Virus record (IMG/VR): IMGVR_UViG_3300034101_003554
Location: 1 to 64,000 of that record
Length of the DNA: 64,000 bases
Reading direction: 5' to 3' (one strand)
Source of the DNA: a virus
Position 1 is the first letter of the stretch. The number at the start of each line of letters is the position of its first letter. Shown here piece after piece: positions 58,145-64,000 of the stretch. The notes beneath the pieces were generated by a model. The model saw nothing but the letters and a program-made list of their open reading frames with translations, was not told the origin of the DNA and made no database searches. A program made the translations under genes and the position numbers.

Positions 58145-58384
58145 ATGAAAAACACACCTCTCCAAAATGTTATAGACAGAGTTGAAAAACTTGCTAGAGA
58201 AGCTAAAGAAAATACAGAGGAAAAAAGAAAATTAAACATAGTTATTTCTTATCTTTGGGATGAGTTACAAAATGAAAGATATGTAATGTCTGAAATTTAT
58301 GAAAAAAGTAAAAAAGAAGATAATGAAGTAACTGGAAAAATGTGGATTGAAAAAAATTTTATAGACTATCAAAAATTTTTATAA
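58145..58384 (+). CDS. Hypothetical protein
   Basis: ATG start MKNTP. Confidence 0.65.
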   Translation: MKNTPLQNVIDRVEKLAREAKENTEEKRKLNIVISYLWDELQNERYVMSEIYEKSKKEDNEVTGKMWIEKNFIDYQKFL

Positions 58385-58621
58385 TGAAAAACAAAAATCA
58401 AGGTAAAACAAATGACCAAAGAGAATTTGCAATGTATATGTTTTCAACAGCAATGCTTGGACTTATTGTATTGGGATTGGTTTATCTAATCAAATTTGGA
58501 TTTAACCTTTAAAAAAAACATACATAGAGAAAACTGGTATGTATGTTGTAAAGTAAAATCTTACTTACCTCCGACTATTTTGATAGTCATACGGAAGTTC
58601 CCAGATAAAAGATTTATTTAT

Positions 58622-58704
58622 GCCTGAGTGGCGGAATTGGCAAACGCAATTGATTTAGGATCAATCGTTATAATGACTTGTGGGTTCGAGTCCCACCTTG
58701 GGTA
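58622..58704 (+). tRNA. tRNA-Leu(TAG)
   Basis: attga-tt TAG ga-tcaat, long variable arm. Confidence 0.9.
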
Positions 58705-58727
58705 CTAACATTTTAAAAAAAGAAATT

Positions 58728-58976
58728 ATGGATTTATTATTTGGTTCACTTTTTATGGTTGTTGGATTGTTTGCCTTTTTTGGTTCTTTCTCTTTTATAG
58801 ACAATCGAGGCATTTATTTATTTATTCTTGGGTTTATTTTATTTATTACTGGTTTTATGATTATCCCAAAAACACCCCCAAAACCAATTGAGATTAAATC
58901 AAACAAGGTAATTAATGTTGATTCAATTTATTTGCAAGGTTATAAAGATGGAATAAAAGATTGTAATAAAAATTGA
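58728..58976 (+). CDS. Membrane protein
   Basis: ATG start MDLLF; two transmembrane segments. Confidence 0.7.
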   Translation: MDLLFGSLFMVVGLFAFFGSFSFIDNRGIYLFILGFILFITGFMIIPKTPPKPIEIKSNKVINVDSIYLQGYKDGIKDCNKN

Positions 58977-58983
58977 ATTGTTG

Positions 58984-59012
58984 GGAACATTTGATTGAGT
59001 TATTTGGTTATA
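58984..59012 (+). promoter_or_regulatory. ECF-sigma-like promoter
   Basis: GGAACA-N16-GGTTATA. Confidence 0.55.
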
Positions 59013-59038
59013 ATAAAAACAACTTAAAACTTAATATT

Positions 59039-59215
59039 ATGAAAACCAAGAATAAACTTAAAGTTACAATTGATGCCATTGGTAATGGTGCTAGATTGGT
59101 GTATTTGGAGAATAACCCACATGGGTTTGTATCAGTAACTAAGGTACACAAAAGTTCAAAACAATATTCACGTAAAAACAAGAGTAAAAATGAAATACAA
59201 AATATATTTGGATGA
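59039..59215 (+). CDS. Small basic protein
   Basis: KVHKSSKQYSRKNK basic tail. Confidence 0.65.
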   Translation: MKTKNKLKVTIDAIGNGARLVYLENNPHGFVSVTKVHKSSKQYSRKNKSKNEIQNIFG

Positions 59216-59612
59216 TGAAAGAACTCCTAATGACAAAGATTGGATTGTTGTTAGAAATTATGGTCAATTCATCAAAAAGATTTCTGAGTTAGGATTAGAG
59301 AATATCGATGTTATTTCATTTGACCACGATTTGGGTGACACTGCGGTTGAAGAGTATTACACAAATGTAATGAATAAAGGTATATTAGATTATGATAACA
59401 TTGAAGAAAAAACTGGATATGATGCAGTTAAATGGTTGGTTGGACAATATATGGACAACTTTACAAGTCCTTTCCCTCAAGTATATGTTCACTCAGCCAA
59501 TCCTATTGGAGCTGCTAATATTGTTAATTATGTTAATCGTTTCCTAAGATATATGGATAAGGAACAAACCGCAAAATTAAGAGTAGAACCCTTCACCATT
59601 CAACATAAATAA
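59190..59612 (+). CDS. Cyclic-phosphate-processing receiver-like domain protein
   Basis: IYLDDER, ISFDHDLG, TGYD, VHSANP. Confidence 0.8.
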   Translation: MKYKIYLDDERTPNDKDWIVVRNYGQFIKKISELGLENIDVISFDHDLGDTAVEEYYTNVMNKGILDYDNIEEKTGYDAVKWLVGQYMDNFTSPFPQVYVHSANPIGAANIVNYVNRFLRYMDKEQTAKLRVEPFTIQHK

Positions 59613-59614
59613 AA

Positions 59615-60208
59615 ATGATATTAACAGAACAACAAGAAAAATTTCTTGAGTTTGTCAAAGAACAACATGGCACTCAAGTGAGAAAATATACGGGAGAACC
59701 TTACTGGACTCATCCATTGGCTGTCGCAGAATTAGTGAATAAATATAAATCAGATTCTTTTAGTAATGGTGAAGTATTTGCTATAGAAATATCGTTAGGT
59801 CATGATTTATTGGAAGATACTCCTTGTACTGTTGAAACTTTAAGAAAAAAATTAAGTGAGATTGGTTATCCCTATTTAAGTACTGAGATGATTGTTTCAG
59901 GTATTGGTCATTTAACCGACACCTATACCAAAGAAGCTTATCCTAAACTCAATAGAGCCAAAAGAAAAGCTATGGAAGTTGAAAGACTTGGTAGAATCCC
60001 TGCTTATTGTCAAACAGTTAAATATGCTGACTTGATTGAGAATATTGCATCTATTGTTGAGCATGATAAATCTTTCGCTGTTACTTATCTTAAAGAGAAA
60101 AAAGAGTTACTTAAGAATATGAGGGGTGGAAATTTTAATCTTTACTTGAAAGCGATAGAAGTTTATTTGGAAGCTTTAAAAACTCTTGAGAGGGGTAAAG
60201 GATTTTGA
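59615..60208 (+). CDS. SpoT/Mesh1-like HD hydrolase (small alarmone hydrolase-like)
   Basis: HGTQVRKYTGEPYWTHP, HDLLEDT, VKYADLIEN. Confidence 0.85.
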   Translation: MILTEQQEKFLEFVKEQHGTQVRKYTGEPYWTHPLAVAELVNKYKSDSFSNGEVFAIEISLGHDLLEDTPCTVETLRKKLSEIGYPYLSTEMIVSGIGHLTDTYTKEAYPKLNRAKRKAMEVERLGRIPAYCQTVKYADLIENIASIVEHDKSFAVTYLKEKKELLKNMRGGNFNLYLKAIEVYLEALKTLERGKGF

Positions 60209-60261
60209 TGAAATTCCTTATTACCCAAAGTAGAACCTTTCACCATTCAACATAAATAAAA

Positions 60262-60753
60262 ATGAACATTTTCTTTTTGGATTATGATGTTGTCAAATGT
60301 GCTAAATACCATTGTGACAAACACGTTGTTAAAATGATTTTGGAAACGGCACAATTGTTATGTTCAGCCCACCACGTAACTAATTCCAAACTAGATATCC
60401 CTTATAAATTATCACACAAAAATCACCCTTGTTCAATATGGGTTAGAGAATCATTATCTAACTATTTATACCTATGTGAACTTGGATTGGAATTGTGTAA
60501 GGAGTATACTTATAGATATGGAAAACGTCATAAATCCCAAGATGTTATTGAGTGGTGTGTCACAAATTTTGTCAATATTTGTGACAAAAGTTTCACTGAA
60601 CCACCCAAAGCAATGCCTGATGAATATAAGGTTAAAGACGTTATTCAATCTTATAGGAACTATTACATTGGGGCAAAAAAAGATTTTGTTTCTTGGAAAA
60701 ATCGTGATGTTCCCTATTGGTTTTGTGATGAAAATCACTTAGAATTGGTATAA
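60262..60753 (+). CDS. Pyrimidine dimer DNA glycosylase / endonuclease V family protein
   Basis: MNIFFLD..HCDKHVVKMILETAQLL, HKNHPC. Confidence 0.8.
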   Translation: MNIFFLDYDVVKCAKYHCDKHVVKMILETAQLLCSAHHVTNSKLDIPYKLSHKNHPCSIWVRESLSNYLYLCELGLELCKEYTYRYGKRHKSQDVIEWCVTNFVNICDKSFTEPPKAMPDEYKVKDVIQSYRNYYIGAKKDFVSWKNRDVPYWFCDENHLELV

Positions 60754-60759
60754 AAAATT

Positions 60760-61020
60760 ATGACAGAAGAAAAATTTTTTGAGTTAAAATCCTTTATGGA
60801 TAAAATTGAAAATATGGAAATGAGACTCCATATTATTGATTCTCTACTGAAATATAATAATTTAGATATGAAAATTACGGGGATGTCTGATTGTAAGTTT
60901 AAAATATCAAGATTTTTATATATAGGTGGAGATGATTTAATTAAATCAGTTTTAGAAACTGAAAGAAAAAATGTACAAGATGAATTATCTGTTTTAAAGG
61001 AAGAATTTGAAAAAAAATAA
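60760..61020 (+). CDS. Hypothetical protein
   Basis: 86 aa. Confidence 0.7.
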   Translation: MTEEKFFELKSFMDKIENMEMRLHIIDSLLKYNNLDMKITGMSDCKFKISRFLYIGGDDLIKSVLETERKNVQDELSVLKEEFEKK

Positions 61021-61110
61021 AACTATGAATATATTCAATAAAATAATGACAGGAATTTGGTTTATACTATTTCTTCTATTTTTATTTACAATTAGAAAAA
61101 GGAGGAAGGC

Positions 61111-61350
61111 ATGAAAGAAAAATTAACAAAGTTTCAAACTAAGGTTTGGCAAACAATTGAACCCATAATTAAAAAAGAATCTTATCAAGTTAATTTGACA
61201 TTTGATGACGAATTTGTAATAACCAGAGATTCTAAATTTATAATTAAAATTTTTCCCAAAAAAGAAGTTTCAATAACACAAGATAATACAATAATTTTTG
61301 AGGAAAAAAATATAACTGAATTCGTAAAATTCTTGGAAAACTTAAATTAA
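61111..61350 (+). CDS. Hypothetical protein
   Basis: 79 aa. Confidence 0.65.
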   Translation: MKEKLTKFQTKVWQTIEPIIKKESYQVNLTFDDEFVITRDSKFIIKIFPKKEVSITQDNTIIFEEKNITEFVKFLENLN

Positions 61351-61354
61351 AAAA

Positions 61355-61660
61355 ATGAACATTAATGAAGCGTATGAGTTTGTTATGAACAAACTTGAAA
61401 GATTGAAAAATGAGGGGATTGATTACACAATGAATGAATCAATTAAAACTCCAGTATTGATTGAGAAATATGATAAACCAAACAGATTACCAGTTGATAA
61501 GTGGATTAATATCGCATTCAACTTGGAAAATGAAAGTGATGTAAAGAAAATTCACGATATGGAAAATCTGTGTAAAATGGTTGGGATTTATTTTGATACT
61601 AGGTTTGGTAAAGTCCAACGAGACTGGGAAATAGATTGGTCATTTAGATTAAATTCTTAA
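61355..61660 (+). CDS. Hypothetical protein
   Basis: 101 aa, GIYFDT...RDWEIDWS. Confidence 0.75.
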   Translation: MNINEAYEFVMNKLERLKNEGIDYTMNESIKTPVLIEKYDKPNRLPVDKWINIAFNLENESDVKKIHDMENLCKMVGIYFDTRFGKVQRDWEIDWSFRLNS

Positions 61661-61733
61661 AAAAATCCCCATTTAATTTTGATATTAGGTGGGGATTTCT
61701 TAATTTTGTAAAACAATTAAAACGAATAAAACA

Positions 61734-62219
61734 ATGGGAACAAACTACTACAGAATTCCAAGTGTGGAAGAAATGGAAAAAAGAAAACAAGAGTTGATTG
61801 ATAATATTAATTCTTTGGATATTTCTCCATCTTCAATAGAAAGAAAATTTGCAACAATCCAAAAGGAAAATGATTGGGGTAACTATTCAATTTGGGATTT
61901 GTTTACTGATGGAACAAACATTCACTTAGGTAAACGTAGTAGTGGTTGGAAGTTTTTGTGGAATTTTAATGACAAAAAATTTTATTCAAATAAAGAAGAA
62001 TTATTGAACTTTATAAGAATAGGTAGGGTTATAGATGAGTATGGTAATGAAATGGATGTGGAAGATTTTATCACAATGGCGTTAGAATGGGGACAACCTG
62101 ATGGATATGATTTAAAACGTTATAGACAAGAACATCCAAGACAATACCATTACGATTTTGAAGTAAAAGAAGAATATATAGATGAATTAAGAATTTCACC
62201 AAATAATGAATTTAGTTAA
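61734..62219 (+). CDS. Hypothetical phage protein
   Basis: MGTNYY...IHLGKRSSGWKF...IDEYG. Confidence 0.8.
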   Translation: MGTNYYRIPSVEEMEKRKQELIDNINSLDISPSSIERKFATIQKENDWGNYSIWDLFTDGTNIHLGKRSSGWKFLWNFNDKKFYSNKEELLNFIRIGRVIDEYGNEMDVEDFITMALEWGQPDGYDLKRYRQEHPRQYHYDFEVKEEYIDELRISPNNEFS

Positions 62220-62220
62220 T

Positions 62221-63231
62221 ATGGAAAGAAAATTAGCGAGCATACAAATAGTAAAAGAAGTTAGACCAATCGTTGGGGCTGACGCTATAGAAGTTGTTAG
62301 AATAAACAACTGGGATGTTGTGTCCAAAAAAGGAGAATACAAAGCTGGAGACTTTTGTATCTATTGTGAAATTGACTCCTTCTTACCCATTAAAGAAGAA
62401 TTTGAATTCTTAAGAAAAACATCATACAAAAAAATGTCTGATGGTAGTGAAGGATTTAGATTGAAAACAATAAGATTAAGAGGACAATTAAGTCAAGGTC
62501 TATTGTTACCAATAAGTGTTCTTCCAATTGATATGGAAATAACTGAAGGAGAAGATGTAACTGAAATGTTGGGTATATTTAAATACGAACCCCCAATTCC
62601 AGCAGAACTTCAAGGTAAAGTTAAAGGTATGTTTCCATCTTTTATAAGAAAAACAGATGAAGAACGTATCCAAAACTTATCAAGTGAATACGAAAATATC
62701 AGATTGTCTGGTAAGGCATTTTATGTCACTGAGAAGTTGGATGGATCGAGTGCTACATTCTATTACAAGGATGGTGTATTTGGGGTATGTTCAAGAAATC
62801 TTGAGCTATTGGAGACTGAGGGTAATTCCTTTTGGAAAATTGCAAGAGAATTGAATTTAGAGGATTCTTTATCTAAATTGGGTTATAATATATGTGTTCA
62901 AGGTGAAATCATTGGAGAAGGAATCCAGGGTAACCCATACAAGATAAAAGGTCAAACAGTTAAATTCTTTAACGCATTTAATATTGATGAACAAAAAAAT
63001 ATCCCATTTACTAAATTCCTAATGTTAATGGAAGATTTGGGTTTAAAAACAGTTCCAATATTGGATTACGAATTTGTACTTCCAAAATCAATTGATGAAT
63101 TATTGTTATTTGCTGAAGATAAATCTCAACTTAATGGGAACTTTGATAGGGAAGGTGTTGTTATAAGAGGATATGATAGAAAAATATCATTCAAAGTTAT
63201 ATCAAACAAATTTTTGTTAAACGAAAAATAA
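62221..63231 (+). CDS. ATP-dependent RNA ligase, DRB0094/Rnl5-like (N-terminal OB fold)
   Basis: RKLASIQ, LRGQLSQGL, KTDEERIQN, TEKLDGSS, QGE, EGVV, SFKVIS. Confidence 0.9.
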   Translation: MERKLASIQIVKEVRPIVGADAIEVVRINNWDVVSKKGEYKAGDFCIYCEIDSFLPIKEEFEFLRKTSYKKMSDGSEGFRLKTIRLRGQLSQGLLLPISVLPIDMEITEGEDVTEMLGIFKYEPPIPAELQGKVKGMFPSFIRKTDEERIQNLSSEYENIRLSGKAFYVTEKLDGSSATFYYKDGVFGVCSRNLELLETEGNSFWKIARELNLEDSLSKLGYNICVQGEIIGEGIQGNPYKIKGQTVKFFNAFNIDEQKNIPFTKFLMLMEDLGLKTVPILDYEFVLPKSIDELLLFAEDKSQLNGNFDREGVVIRGYDRKISFKVISNKFLLNEK

Positions 63232-63239
63232 ATAAAACT

Positions 63240-63518
63240 ATGGCTAAGAGACTTTCATATCAAGAAAAAAGAGACAACCTAGTAATTGAAATATTGAATA
63301 AAATGTTTGAATTTGCTGGACATAAGGTTACATTTGAAGACATCAAAGATAGACAAGATGCTTGGTATAATGATTGGACAATTACTGAAGACCAATATGA
63401 CAAATGGAAAGAATGGGGTACTAAACAAATCAAGAAAAAACTTAAGTATACTGATACTTATGCCGACAGACAAATGTCAATGATTGGGGCAAGATGGGGT
63501 TTGAAATTTGAGAAATAA
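63240..63518 (+). CDS. Hypothetical protein
   Basis: 92 aa. Confidence 0.75.
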   Translation: MAKRLSYQEKRDNLVIEILNKMFEFAGHKVTFEDIKDRQDAWYNDWTITEDQYDKWKEWGTKQIKKKLKYTDTYADRQMSMIGARWGLKFEK

Positions 63519-63541
63519 GATATTTATACTAAAAAAGAAGT

Positions 63542-63616
63542 ATGAAAAAATTTATTTGTAAATTTGTCCAAAAAATAACTTTTGGTAAAGTTTGTCTTGG
63601 GTGGTGTAAATTATAA
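63542..63616 (+). CDS. 24-aa cationic Cys-containing peptide
   Basis: TATTTATA motif upstream, terminator downstream. Confidence 0.5.
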   Translation: MKKFICKFVQKITFGKVCLGWCKL

Positions 63617-63684
63617 AGTGTGAGAATAGTCTCACACTTTTTTGTTTATATAAAGTATTTATATATTATAGCAAAAAATAGAAT

Positions 63685-64000
63685 ATGAAATTATCTGATT
63701 TTAAATCACAAATTAAAACCTTAAAAAAAGAAAATACTATTACTAATATAAAAGGTGATGATAATATTGATTATGGTAATCTTTTAGATGGGATTCTTAC
63801 TTGGTTAAAAACATATGGTGATGTACAATTACAAAACCTATCTACCGATAATAAAAATGTTTCAATTACAATACTTGGTACAAATAAGAATTCTTTAAAA
63901 GATTATTTAGTTAAGGGTTACACTAATCATAATGCAACTTGGGATAATAATAATTCTATACTTAAAATGTCATTAAACCCTATTAGTAAAGATAATGCTA
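63685..64000 (+). CDS. Partial hypothetical protein
   Basis: MKLSDFKSQIK..., open to the window end. Confidence 0.7.
   Translation, partial: MKLSDFKSQIKTLKKENTITNIKGDDNIDYGNLLDGILTWLKTYGDVQLQNLSTDNKNVSITILGTNKNSLKDYLVKGYTNHNATWDNNNSILKMSLNPISKDNA

Overview
AT-rich, gene-dense segment of a large (jumbo-type) dsDNA phage, most likely infecting Bacteroidota (repeated TTTG-N19/20-TAnnTTTG promoters, A-rich translation starts without SD). Standard genetic code. 1-5.3 kb: leftward paralog arrays, then a non-coding strand and GC-skew switch (candidate origin or terminus). 5.3-39.5 kb: about 30 proteins share an N-terminal MKIIITESQ/(I/L)xE-type leader, interleaved with cell-wall and lysis genes, FKBP, dnaK, a class II aaRS-like catalytic core and an IMPDH/GMPR-family gene. 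40.8-63.2 kb: a translation and RNA-repair island with a TROVE/DUF2828-vWA gene followed by three repeated small RNAs, 25 tRNAs covering all 20 amino acids (one with a group I intron), nine or more tRNA-shaped shells with variable inserts, a cyclic-phosphate receiver-like protein, a SpoT-like HD hydrolase and an RNA ligase. Best candidate for a new system: the tRNAs form two clusters, each preceded by a short leader ORF plus terminator/antiterminator, and each leader's core codon run matches the tRNAs of its own cluster. This suggests attenuators that sense failure of any of those tRNAs. Two 3'-UTR elements complementary to 23S H69-H71 and to the 16S 3' tail are also notable. All calls come from reading the sequence by eye; no searches or folding were run.
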